From NCBI GenBank assembly GCA_963829055.1, contig CAWHHI010000020.1, positions 192,001 to 256,000 on the forward strand: DNA of 64,000 bases, read 5' to 3'. Position 1 is the first letter of the stretch. Every line of letters starts with the position of its first letter. Source of the DNA: an uncultured Gemmatimonadaceae bacterium. Lineage in GTDB: Bacteria; Gemmatimonadota; Gemmatimonadetes; Gemmatimonadales; Gemmatimonadaceae. This document shows positions 1-8,732 of the stretch, piece by piece. A model generated the notes under the pieces. That model saw nothing but the letters and a program-made list of their open reading frames with translations, was not told the DNA's origin and ran no database searches. The position numbers and the translations under genes are program-made.

Positions 1-679
1 GTGAGCCAGCGGGAGCGTGGTCCGTTCTCGTGCCAAGGTAGGACTCAACTGGCCAGGGAGCTCCAACGAACGCTACTCCAACAAAGACATGACGTCGAAC
101 GGCGCCTGATAGCTCAAGCTTCCGGATGACATCTCGCCGATCAGGTGCATTCAGGAACTCCTCGATCCACCCGGGTACGGCAGAGCCATAGGGATCCACC
201 GCACCTCCCGTACTCGTCATGACAAGGTGCACTTGACCGGTCCCGGACTCGCGAAAGCACGCTATGGAATCGATCCGGAGGGCTTCTAGGACAGCATAGA
301 TACGTGGGTTCTGACGCTCCAACCACCAATCAACCGGCGTGAAGCCCTTGATGTGGGCCAGCTCGCAGTCTTGGAGCGCCTTTTCTAACCTCTTCTTGAT
401 CTCCTTCACTCGGGCGTTAGGCCTTAAGACCACGTCCCAGTCGCCGGCCACGTTGAGTGCGAGTGGCCCCAGTGCTGGACCAATATTCCAAGTCTCCACG
501 CGAGCGCTGTCCACAGCGCCGACGCATTCGATGGCTATGTCAGGCGCCGTTTCGTCGCCGACGCGGAGATCATACAGCCCAGGCCCGCGCCCGTCGTCGT
601 GGAGGACTACTGGGCGTCCGAGCTCGCGCTGGAGAATGCGTCGCGCGCATTCCTCGAAGGTTATGCGTGATTGCCTCAT
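1..679 (-). CDS. Gene-cassette ORF, hypothetical protein, 3' end beyond the window; possible PD-(D/E)xK-like nuclease
   Basis: Own translation: ATG at 679, 16 nt after the attC core GTTAGGC, open to base 1 (MRQSRITFEECARRILQRELGRPVVLHDDGRGPGLYDLRVGDETAPDIAIEC...). Absent from the ORF track because no stop is in the window. Codon usage is AT-richer than in flanking genes. Confidence 0.75.
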   Translation of the reverse strand, partial: MRQSRITFEECARRILQRELGRPVVLHDDGRGPGLYDLRVGDETAPDIAIECVGAVDSARVETWNIGPALGPLALNVAGDWDVVLRPNARVKEIKKRLEKALQDCELAHIKGFTPVDWWLERQNPRIYAVLEALRIDSIACFRESGTGQVHLVMTSTGGAVDPYGSAVPGWIEEFLNAPDRRDVIRKLELSGAVRRHVFVGVAFVGAPWPVESYLGTRTDHAPAGS

Positions 680-695
680 CGCGACCGCGTTAGAT

Positions 696-795
696 GCCTA
701 ACGCCGAGCATCACCTGCGGGCGGATCAAATAAAAGGCAGCGGCGCAGCCGCTGCCACTCCGCGGCCCGCCCGTCTGGTGCATGCAACGTTAGGT
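696..795 (-). other. attC site (complete)
   Basis: Minus strand: R'' ACCTAAC-GTTGC-ATGCACC ... GGTGAT-GCTCGGC-GTTAGGC R'. Imperfect palindrome with one extra base in the L'' arm, directly downstream of the 824-1822 gene. Confidence 0.92.
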
Positions 796-823
796 AGCGG
801 GTGCGTGATGCCAGCCCGTCTCC

Positions 824-1822
824 TCAGAATACCGCGATGGGATTCACGGGCGCGCCAGTTCCACCCTTGATGCGAATCGGCGCGACCATGAAGAGGAACG
901 TCGGCCGCGATCGGCTGACCACCTCCGACGCCAGCTCCTCGAGGTTCAGGTTGTCCATGAGCGGGAGACCCAAGCCAACAATGGCGAGGAGATGGAGCGG
1001 CGTAACGACGCCTGGCACGACGGACGGCGACGCCTCGTTGGCGACGTCGCTCCCGAGGGCCGCGACACCACGCTCCTTCAGCCAAAACGCGAGGGACGGA
1101 TGTGGGCCTGAGGCATCATAGCCGACGAGCCACGGGCCACTCGCGGCCAGACGTGCCGCCCGCCCCGTCCGGATGAGGAGCACATCGCCCGGCTCGATCC
1201 GGACTTGGGACTGCCGTTCCCACGCGTCGAGGTCGGCCGGCGTGACTGACTGACCGGCCGGCAGGAATGGGATGCCCTTGAGCCGGGGGATGTCGACGAG
1301 AACTCCGCGGGTGACGATTCCTGCACGCATGACCTCGATGCCGAGGCGGCGAGCTCCCTCGGGCGCGATCTGGTCGCGGCCGACGCCGTTGTAGAGCTGA
1401 CCGCGGTAGACGAAGTGGGATAGGGCGTCGAGGTGGCTGAAGGCGAAACCGTGCGCGAGGATGGCGATTGAGTCGATCGCTCCGGACGTGGTAGAATCGA
1501 ACCGGCTGACGGCGACGCGGAGCCGAAACGGCGCGAAGGCGTTCGGCTCCGGCCCGGCGACGAGGTCGTTCGCGAGAGAGATGGTGATGCCGTCGCGGAC
1601 GCTCTGTGTGGCGGCACGGCGCTTCGCCGGTGTGATGAGATTGAGGGTGCCGAGTTCGTCCTGCGCGCCCCATCGGCCGGAATTGGAGATGCGAGCCATC
1701 CACGTGTTGAACGTGTCCCGGGGCACGGCGGTCGAACGGGCCGCCGGTGCCTGGGCGGCGGCCGGAGCGACATACGCGATGACCACGAGAAGGACCATCG
1801 CGCGCAACGCCATGAATCGCAT
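824..1822 (-). CDS. Cyclase family (kynurenine formamidase-like) metal-dependent hydrolase with signal peptide; gene cassette
   Basis: GRWGAQDELGTLNLIT, HGFAFSHLDALSH, RGVLVDIP, PGDVLLIRTG and GGTGAPVNPIAVF motifs; hydrophobic N-terminus. Confidence 0.88.
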   Translation of the reverse strand: MRFMALRAMVLLVVIAYVAPAAAQAPAARSTAVPRDTFNTWMARISNSGRWGAQDELGTLNLITPAKRRAATQSVRDGITISLANDLVAGPEPNAFAPFRLRVAVSRFDSTTSGAIDSIAILAHGFAFSHLDALSHFVYRGQLYNGVGRDQIAPEGARRLGIEVMRAGIVTRGVLVDIPRLKGIPFLPAGQSVTPADLDAWERQSQVRIEPGDVLLIRTGRAARLAASGPWLVGYDASGPHPSLAFWLKERGVAALGSDVANEASPSVVPGVVTPLHLLAIVGLGLPLMDNLNLEELASEVVSRSRPTFLFMVAPIRIKGGTGAPVNPIAVF

Positions 1823-1860
1823 CTGGAGGTCTCTTGGGTGGATGTGAAGAAAAACAGTAG

Positions 1861-2090
1861 CGGCTACCTAACGCCAATTCTACAACGTGCGCGAAACGCC
1901 GCTACGGCTTGAAGCCTCCAATACCGCACGCCCACGCCTCCTAACTCGGCACAATGCGGCGAACGCGTGGAGCGCGGCTGGAACCGCTGTCAATTCAACG
2001 ACCTACGGCGACGCCACCGAACCACGACCAATAGGCGGCGAGCGTTGCCGTCTAACACAATGGCGGCCGAGCATGATTTTGAGGGTCATG
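1861..2090 (-). other. Second attI-like segment (diverged copy of 15781-16010); crossover core GTTAGGT at 1872-1866
   Basis: Near-gapless alignment to 15791-16010 at offset 13920. The core is complementary to R'' of the attC at 789-795 (cggctacctaac vs ccgctacctaac). No attC palindrome upstream of the core. Confidence 0.75.
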
Positions 2091-2117
2091 GGCCGCGCCA
2101 GCGCGAACGACACAGCA

Positions 2118-4238
2118 TCACGCCAGATTCATCCGCCCGAGCAGCGCCTGGAACCTCGGTTGTCCGTGCAATGACGTAAACAGAAACGACCCCTTGATAC
2201 CATAGGTCGGACCCGCACGCTCGGCGACCGCCCGCTCGAGCCAGTCCATCGCCTGCTCGACGTCACCGAGACCCGCGTACACGTACGCGAAGTGATACGG
2301 CGCGACGTACGTGGTCCGCGCGTGCTCCTCGAGCTGCCGCAAGGCCGCTCGCGCTCTATCGAAGTCTCCGGCCATCCCGTATGCCTCGCCCAACTGGCCG
2401 AGCCAGAGCGTGTTCCCACGTGACAGCACGACCGCGCGCTCCAACTCAGCCAGGCCCTCGCTCTTCCGGTCACTGAGGAAGTACGCCCAGCCGAGCGTGG
2501 CGTGAGCGCGATCATCGTTAGGGTCGAGCTCCACCGCCTCCTCGCCGCGAACGATCGCCTCATCGTAATCGCCGGCGCGCAGGAACGCCGTCACAATGTC
2601 CAGGCGGTGCGCCAGCGGGTCCAGCTCCTGAGCGCGGCGCAGCAGCGCGATCGCGTCATCATAGCGACCGAGGCCCGCGCAGAGGCGCCCATACAGATCG
2701 TAGGCGTCGGCGCCACTCGGATTCAACTCGAGCGCGCGTTTGAAATCCCGCTCGGCGCCAGCCCAATCGAACTCGTGCACCGTCTTGAGGAATCCCATGG
2801 TGCAATGCGCCGCTCCCAACTCGGGATCGAGGCGAAGCGCGCTCGCCGCGGCGTCCGCCGCGCGACCGTACGCAACGGCGGGGGCCACGGTCCCTCCCTC
2901 AGCCAACTCGATGTATGCCATCGCAACGTGGGCGAACGCGAGCGCGAAGCTCGGGTCGCGCGCGGTCGCGCGATCGAACAGCGCGATAGCGCGCGTGAGC
3001 GACTCCGGCGTGAACTTGATGAACCGCTGCCTCCCTTCGAGAAAGAGCCGATACGCATACACATCCTTCGTCGGCTCTCTCCGAACCCGCGTCTGCTCGT
3101 CGCGTGATAGCTCCACCTCCAGCGCGTCAGCGATGTGAATCGCCACGTCCGTCTGGATCGCGAAGATGTCCGTCAGCTGCCTGTCGTACGTCTCCGACCA
3201 CAGCTGCCGATCCGACTCGGCGTCGATGAGCGTGGCGACGATGCGCACGCGGTCTCCGGCGTGTCGCACGCTCCCGTCGAGCAGCGTGGCGGCACCGATC
3301 TTCGCGCCGACCTCCTTCAGCGAATACTGGCGCTGCTTGAACGGCATCACCGACGCGCGCGAGATCACCTTGAGCGCGTGAATCTTCGACAGATGCGCGA
3401 TGACGTCTTCAGTGACGCCATCCGCGAAATACTCGTTGTCGGCATCCGCGCTGAGGTTGAGAAACGGCATCACCGCGACCGTCGAGGATCGGTCAGGGAA
3501 TGACACGTTAGGCGTCACCGGGCGCCTGACCGACGTGCGCACCTGTTCCGCAAGGGCGAGCACATCGGGATCCGGCTCGAGCTCCAGGTCCGCACGCATG
3601 CGGTTCGCGTGATCGGTCGCATGCTGAATCGCTCCAGCACGATCGCCCGCATCGTCGAGCGCGTGCATCAGCATTCGCGCGTACGCGCCGGAGTGCGGAT
3701 CGGCAGCCACCAGGCGGCGGCAGGTCCCGACCCTGCCGTGCACCTGCCCTGCCTGCTTCTGATCCGACGCGAGCGCGAGCAGCGCGCCGATGTACGCATG
3801 GTCGAGCTCGTTGCGATGCTGGTCGAGCCAGTAGCCGAACTCCGTCGAGTCGCCGAGATGAAATCCGTCGAGCAGCGGTCCCGTATAGAGCTGGACAACG
3901 CGCTCATGCGCGTTTGCCCCGATCGCGGTGCGCAGCTCCTGCAGGTCACAGTTCACGGCCGACGGGTGGAACAGCAGTCCGTCACCCGTCGACGCGATCG
4001 CCTCCTCGCCGACGGCCCCGCGCAGTACGTGGACCGCCAGGTTGAGGAGCCGGCGCGCGTTGGGCAGGTCCCGCTCGGGCCAGAGCAGCGCCATTGCCCG
4101 ATCGCGCGAGAGGGGCTGCGGCCAGCTGGCAACGATGAGCGTGAGTAACGCGATCCTGTGACGCTGCGCCGGCGGTCCCCCGAGAGGAGCATCGCCAGAG
4201 CGCAGACACGCGCCGCCGAGCAGTTGAACTGTGACCAT
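2118..4238 (-). CDS. SARP/BTAD-domain transcriptional regulator with TolB_N-like domain and TPR repeats
   Basis: LSRDRAMALLWPE and LYTGPLLDGF (wHTH/BTAD); VAVMPFLNLSADADNEYFADGVTEDVI; C-terminal TPRs. Confidence 0.85.
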   Translation of the reverse strand: MVTVQLLGGACLRSGDAPLGGPPAQRHRIALLTLIVASWPQPLSRDRAMALLWPERDLPNARRLLNLAVHVLRGAVGEEAIASTGDGLLFHPSAVNCDLQELRTAIGANAHERVVQLYTGPLLDGFHLGDSTEFGYWLDQHRNELDHAYIGALLALASDQKQAGQVHGRVGTCRRLVAADPHSGAYARMLMHALDDAGDRAGAIQHATDHANRMRADLELEPDPDVLALAEQVRTSVRRPVTPNVSFPDRSSTVAVMPFLNLSADADNEYFADGVTEDVIAHLSKIHALKVISRASVMPFKQRQYSLKEVGAKIGAATLLDGSVRHAGDRVRIVATLIDAESDRQLWSETYDRQLTDIFAIQTDVAIHIADALEVELSRDEQTRVRREPTKDVYAYRLFLEGRQRFIKFTPESLTRAIALFDRATARDPSFALAFAHVAMAYIELAEGGTVAPAVAYGRAADAAASALRLDPELGAAHCTMGFLKTVHEFDWAGAERDFKRALELNPSGADAYDLYGRLCAGLGRYDDAIALLRRAQELDPLAHRLDIVTAFLRAGDYDEAIVRGEEAVELDPNDDRAHATLGWAYFLSDRKSEGLAELERAVVLSRGNTLWLGQLGEAYGMAGDFDRARAALRQLEEHARTTYVAPYHFAYVYAGLGDVEQAMDWLERAVAERAGPTYGIKGSFLFTSLHGQPRFQALLGRMNLA

Positions 4239-4252
4239 CGACCTCGTCTGGC

Positions 4253-4305
4253 TGTTAATCCGTAGCTAATTCCGGGCGGACCGCCAGCTAATCGCTCCAG
4301 CTCAT
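4253..4305 (+). promoter_or_regulatory. Candidate SARP-type heptamer direct repeats
   Basis: TGTTAAT (4253), AGCTAAT (4264) and AGCTAAT (4286), spaced 11 and 22 bp, plus AGCTCAT (4299), between the divergent regulator and lipoprotein genes. Confidence 0.55.
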
Positions 4306-4353
4306 GTTCCCCGCACGTTCGAAGAAACATGACCTACACCCTGCGAGGCCACC

Positions 4354-4923
4354 ATGAGACGGACCATTGGATGCCTTTCCACGATCGCGCTGCTGTATGC
4401 ATGCAGTGAAGAGCGCATCACCAGCGAAACGAAGACGGTCGGTCTGCCGTCGACGGCCGCGTCAGCGAACACTCAAACGGCGGATGAAAACAAGGACCTC
4501 GCTACGCTCCGCCGAGTGACCGCGGCGTTCCATGACTTCGAGGCCGCGGACCGTGCCGGATGGTCGGTGCAGATCACGCCCTGCATGATGGACGCGACAC
4601 AGGGTGGCATGGGGTTCCACTACGGTAACCCGAAGCTCATCGACGGATCCGTCGCCGTCGATGAGCCGGAGCTTCTGCTCTATGAGCCGGAGAAGAACGG
4701 CCGCCTACGCCTCGTCGCGGTCGAGTACATCGTGCCGCTCACCGAGTGGAAATCAGCGGAGCCACCACGGCTCTTCGGACGCGACTTCAAGGTGAATGAG
4801 GAGTTCCAGGTCTGGGCGCTCCACGCGTGGGTGTGGGAGAACAACCCGAGCGGCATGTTCGCCGACTGGAATCCGCGGATCACGTGCGAGAACACCACCG
4901 CCGTATCCACGATGCCTCATTGA
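4354..4923 (+). CDS. Hypothetical lipoprotein
   Basis: LLYAC lipobox-like signal; conserved-looking GGMGFHY, PELLLYEP, LVAVEY and LHAWVWENNPSGMFADWNP motifs. Confidence 0.8.
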   Translation: MRRTIGCLSTIALLYACSEERITSETKTVGLPSTAASANTQTADENKDLATLRRVTAAFHDFEAADRAGWSVQITPCMMDATQGGMGFHYGNPKLIDGSVAVDEPELLLYEPEKNGRLRLVAVEYIVPLTEWKSAEPPRLFGRDFKVNEEFQVWALHAWVWENNPSGMFADWNPRITCENTTAVSTMPH

Positions 4924-4953
4924 GCGACTTCTCACGCCTCACGGAGTACAGCG

Positions 4954-5256
4954 ATGCCGAAGTACCTCATCGAACGCGAGATCCCGAACGCGGCGGCACT
5001 CTCCACCGCGGACCTCCGGACCATCGCGCAGCGGTCGTGCGCCGTGCTGCGACAGCTCGGCCCGCACATTCAGTGGGTGCAGAGCTTCGTCACCGAGGAC
5101 AAGCTCACCTGCCTCTACATCGCGCCTAACGCAGACATGATCCGCGAGCACGCACGGCTCGGCGGATTCCCGGCAGAGCACGTGCTCGAGGTGGCGACGA
5201 TCATCGACCCAACGACGGCCGAGCCGAACAAACTCGCCGCCGTAGCGAGCGCGTAG
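4954..5256 (+). CDS. DUF4242 domain protein
   Basis: MPKYLIEREIP...IQWVQSFVTEDKLTCLYIAP...IREHARLGGFPA pattern. Confidence 0.85.
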   Translation: MPKYLIEREIPNAAALSTADLRTIAQRSCAVLRQLGPHIQWVQSFVTEDKLTCLYIAPNADMIREHARLGGFPAEHVLEVATIIDPTTAEPNKLAAVASA

Positions 5257-5276
5257 CTCGCTCACGCAGGCCGCGA

Positions 5277-6146
5277 TCAGCGGCCTGCGGGTACCACCTC
5301 TCTCGTCGGAGCAGATGCTGGGCGTGCCGCGGTCGTTTCGTTAGGTGTCTCGACCGCGGCACGCGCGCGATAGAAGACGAACGCCGTGATGCCGATCGTG
5401 ATCGCGAGCGCCGCACCGAACTCGCTCGTCAGCCATTTCGTCGGACCAGTGTTGACCGTCACACGGTCGAAGAACGCCTGCACGAACAGGTTGTGCGACG
5501 CGTGCAGGATGGCCGCTGGCCACACGCTCCCCGAGCGCAGCCGCAGCCACGCGATCGGGAATCCCATCGCCACGACCATCGCGCCGAAGCACATCACCGA
5601 GTACCACGTCGGCGTTCCGCCGTTGTAGTCGGCGAAGACGATGAGCGGCACGTGCCACGCCGCCCAGATCGCGCCGCTGATCACCGCGGTTCGCTGAAAG
5701 GACATCGTCTTCGCGAGCGTCGGCACGAGGAAGCCGCGCCACCCGAGCTCCTCGCCGGTCGCCGAGAGCAGACTCTGGAGCGATCCGACCACGATAAACG
5801 TGACGACGGGGGTCTTGAACCGGCTGAGATCCACACCTCCAAGCCCCGTGAGCCACACCAGCCCGTACGCGACGGTGGCGTAGGCTACCGGGAGCAGATA
5901 CGCGAGGATCAACCAGCGCGGCGCACCCGGGCGCCATCCCTCTCCACGGACGTTGCGCTGAAACACGAGACGCGTGATGAGCGCGCTCACGCCCGGGCAC
6001 CACATGAGCGCGAGCACGTACATGCCTCCACTCGCGCCCAGGCTGCCGGCGGAGATGATCAACCAGTAGAACACCGCGCTCAGGCCGAAGGTCAGGCCGA
6101 GATACGTCGTCAGTTCCGCTCGCGTGTCGTTCGCGCGCGTGTCCAT
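5277..6146 (-). CDS. CPBP (CAAX/Abi) family intramembrane metalloprotease
   Basis: GEELGWRGFL, WAAWH and ILHASHN motifs; several TM segments. Confidence 0.92.
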   Translation of the reverse strand: MDTRANDTRAELTTYLGLTFGLSAVFYWLIISAGSLGASGGMYVLALMWCPGVSALITRLVFQRNVRGEGWRPGAPRWLILAYLLPVAYATVAYGLVWLTGLGGVDLSRFKTPVVTFIVVGSLQSLLSATGEELGWRGFLVPTLAKTMSFQRTAVISGAIWAAWHVPLIVFADYNGGTPTWYSVMCFGAMVVAMGFPIAWLRLRSGSVWPAAILHASHNLFVQAFFDRVTVNTGPTKWLTSEFGAALAITIGITAFVFYRARAAVETPNETTAARPASAPTREVVPAGR

Positions 6147-6254
6147 GGGCTCCTTCCAATCTGTGAGAGGTCTGCTACGGTGTTTACGTCAGTCGGCAAA
6201 GCCCCGCGATTCCGCGAAGCTACGCCGGGGCCGTCCCACCGCAACGGCAGCACC

Positions 6255-7838
6255 CTACGGTTTCGTCAGCTTGGCGAGATCCTGCGCGTATTTCGCCGAC
6301 GTCGCCTTGTCGCCAGCGACAGCCGCGGCGCGCATCGCCCCGTCCAGCGATCGATAGCGATTCGGATCGCGCGCCAGGGCCGCACGATACTCAGCGAGTG
6401 ACTCGCCCGGACGGCCGAGCGTGAGCAGCATGTCGCCGAGCAGCTCGCGGGCCGGCGCGAGCGGACCCGGAGTCACCGCCGCTTTCTCCGTCGCGTCCTC
6501 ACGCTCGGCCGCCTCACGCATCTCGCCGAGTGCTGTGTCTCGACGACCGCGTGCGAGATCGAGCCACGCGCTGGCGCCGATCCGCTGGATCGCCACCTGC
6601 TCGGCCCAGTAGGCCTCGTGGGTCGCGACCAGTCGACCGCGGATGGCTTCCAGTGAATCGATGGAGGCACGCGCTCGCGACGAATCGCCGGTGTGGGCGG
6701 AGCCTAACGCGATCGCGAAGTGGGTCACTGCTTCCGCGTACGGGAAGGCGCTCGTCGTTGGCTGCAGTGCTGCGGCCTCTGCCCACGCGCGCCGCTCGAG
6801 CGCATAGCGCGCCGGGATCGCCGCGAGGGCAAAGACGCCGGCGGAGCCCGGAGCGGCGCCGGTCACCGCGTTCGGATCGAAACGCGCGGCGAGCTCGGGC
6901 AGGCGCAGGACGATGGCGTGCGCCGCGGAGTCGCGGCGCATTTGGAGGTCGGCGTACACCGCGTAATCAGCCGCGTGCAGTGCCTCGGCGATGGACGCCT
7001 CGCGGGTCGCGGCGTCCATGGAGCGGAGATTGGTGGCGACCGATTCGTTCCACATCCCGACGCGTGTGAACGTGTGCGACGGCATGTGCAGCGCGTGCGC
7101 GGCGGACGGCGCGATGTCAGCGTAGCGGCGCGCGGCAGCAGCGGCGCGCCCCGCGAGCGCAGGGACGTCGTACGTATGGATGATGTAGTGCGCGAGACCC
7201 GGGTGGTTGGGCTGAGCCGCGAAGAGCGCCTCGAGCTCCGCACCTGCACGGAGCTGATCGCCGTAGCTCTTGTCCGTCGGCGACGCCGCCGCGACCAGCG
7301 CGATTGCGTGGAAGATCCTGGCTTCGGTATCGGTGGGGAATTTCGCGGCCAGCTCAGCCATCGCACGCTCGTACGCCTGGACGCGCGTCGGCTGATCGCG
7401 AGTGGTGGGGTCGGTGTAGAGCTGCGAGACGGCGGCGATGTAGGCACGTTCACGATCGCTCGCCTGAATGCCGAGGCGTGTCGCGGTCTCGACCGCCTGC
7501 CGACCGCGTTCGACCAGTGCTGGTGGCCTGACGTTGGGAACCATCGGGTTCGTCCATCGACTCAGCGCGATGCCCCACCAGGCCATGGCGCAGGTCGAGT
7601 CGGTGGCGAGCACCTCGTCGAACGTCCGAATCGACGCGCCGAACTCGAACGAGTGCAGCAACGCGACGGCACGGTCGAATTGCGGCGTGACTGCCGGCGC
7701 GCAGGATGTCGGGAAATGGACCGTCCCGAGCTTCTCGGTGGTCTGTCGCGGAGCGCCAGGCACCTGCGCGACGAGGCTGGTTGCGATCATGCTCGCGGTC
7801 AGCATGGCAGTTCCCGCGATTCCAGTGATGCGCGTCAT
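6255..7838 (-). CDS. Secreted TPR-containing hypothetical protein
   Basis: Signal peptide; LGTVHFPTSC, NHPGLAHYIIH and HALHMPSHTF motifs; helical repeats. Confidence 0.8.
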   Translation of the reverse strand: MTRITGIAGTAMLTASMIATSLVAQVPGAPRQTTEKLGTVHFPTSCAPAVTPQFDRAVALLHSFEFGASIRTFDEVLATDSTCAMAWWGIALSRWTNPMVPNVRPPALVERGRQAVETATRLGIQASDRERAYIAAVSQLYTDPTTRDQPTRVQAYERAMAELAAKFPTDTEARIFHAIALVAAASPTDKSYGDQLRAGAELEALFAAQPNHPGLAHYIIHTYDVPALAGRAAAAARRYADIAPSAAHALHMPSHTFTRVGMWNESVATNLRSMDAATREASIAEALHAADYAVYADLQMRRDSAAHAIVLRLPELAARFDPNAVTGAAPGSAGVFALAAIPARYALERRAWAEAAALQPTTSAFPYAEAVTHFAIALGSAHTGDSSRARASIDSLEAIRGRLVATHEAYWAEQVAIQRIGASAWLDLARGRRDTALGEMREAAEREDATEKAAVTPGPLAPARELLGDMLLTLGRPGESLAEYRAALARDPNRYRSLDGAMRAAAVAGDKATSAKYAQDLAKLTKP

Positions 7839-7888
7839 TCGGACCTCCGTGTCGTGATGTCCGCTCGCGGCCTAACGACTACTCGGCC

Positions 7889-8695
7889 TCACTGGAGCGC
7901 GCGTGTCAGCGCGGCTGGTCCTACCGCGCGAAAGATCGTCGCGTGAGTGAGGTCCGGTCGGGGCGTATAGACCGACGTGAGTCCGCGTGGCCGTACAGTG
8001 CGCACGAGCTCCGCGAGGCGTGCCGTGCCGGTCGCGATGTCCTCGACGTTCGAGCTGGCAAGGTAGAGCGTTCGCGGTATATCGTCGAAGGCCGTTAGGC
8101 GTGCCTGTGCCGAGTCGACGACCGCGCCGGCGTTCCACCACAGGCTCGGATCGAGCGCGACGTAGTGCTGGAACAGCTGCGGATCGGTGAGAAGCGTCTC
8201 GACAACGAACAGTCCAGCCAGTGACTCGCCGACGATGGCCCGCTCCGCGGTGGTGTGGTAGCGAGTTTCGATCTCGGGAATGAGCTCGTCGCGAATGAAT
8301 CGGCGGAAGGTGGCGGAGCCGCCCACGTGTGGCGCAATCGCGCTATCGGTCGCGACGCGGGTGGGCCCGGTGAGATCGCGCCGGCGCTCGGTATTCGGGA
8401 TGCCGACGATGATCACCGGCCGGATCGCGCCTAACGCAATCAGCGAGTCGACCGTGTGTACGACGTGCGGAAAGTCTTCGTCGAGCCCGCCGTCGGGCAT
8501 GTAGAGCGTCGGGAGTCGTGTCGCGGATGACGCGCGATGGCCTGGTGGCGTGTGCACGTTGACGCGTCGCGCTTCGCCGAGTGCTGGAGAGGCGATAGTG
8601 AACGTATCGTGTGCGGGTATCGGATCTGCCGGCGGCGTTGGTTGCTGCGCGCCCAGGGGCCCGGCGAGAAGCGCAAGGAATGCGAGGCGTCTCAT
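7889..8695 (-). CDS. Alpha/beta hydrolase (IroE/Fes-like putative esterase)
   Basis: LYMPDG, RRRDLT, GESLAG nucleophile motif, PSLWW. Start at ATG 8695, just after the core site at 8710-8716. Confidence 0.88.
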   Translation of the reverse strand: MRRLAFLALLAGPLGAQQPTPPADPIPAHDTFTIASPALGEARRVNVHTPPGHRASSATRLPTLYMPDGGLDEDFPHVVHTVDSLIALGAIRPVIIVGIPNTERRRDLTGPTRVATDSAIAPHVGGSATFRRFIRDELIPEIETRYHTTAERAIVGESLAGLFVVETLLTDPQLFQHYVALDPSLWWNAGAVVDSAQARLTAFDDIPRTLYLASSNVEDIATGTARLAELVRTVRPRGLTSVYTPRPDLTHATIFRAVGPAALTRALQ

Positions 8696-8709
8696 GGACA
8701 GTTCTCTCC

Positions 8710-8732
8710 GCCTAACGCCCAGGCTCAGTCGC
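8710..8732 (-). other. Half attC (L'-R' arm only), overlapped by the lgt-like 3' end
   Basis: + strand gcctaacgcccaggctcag resembles the arms at 12514 and 15188; no complementary arm found. Confidence 0.55.

Noticed and set aside
1887..2179. Short ORFs across the duplicated attI segment as a conserved peptide
   Set aside because: The homologous frames at 15800-16000 contain stops or shift frame; conservation is in DNA blocks, not codons.
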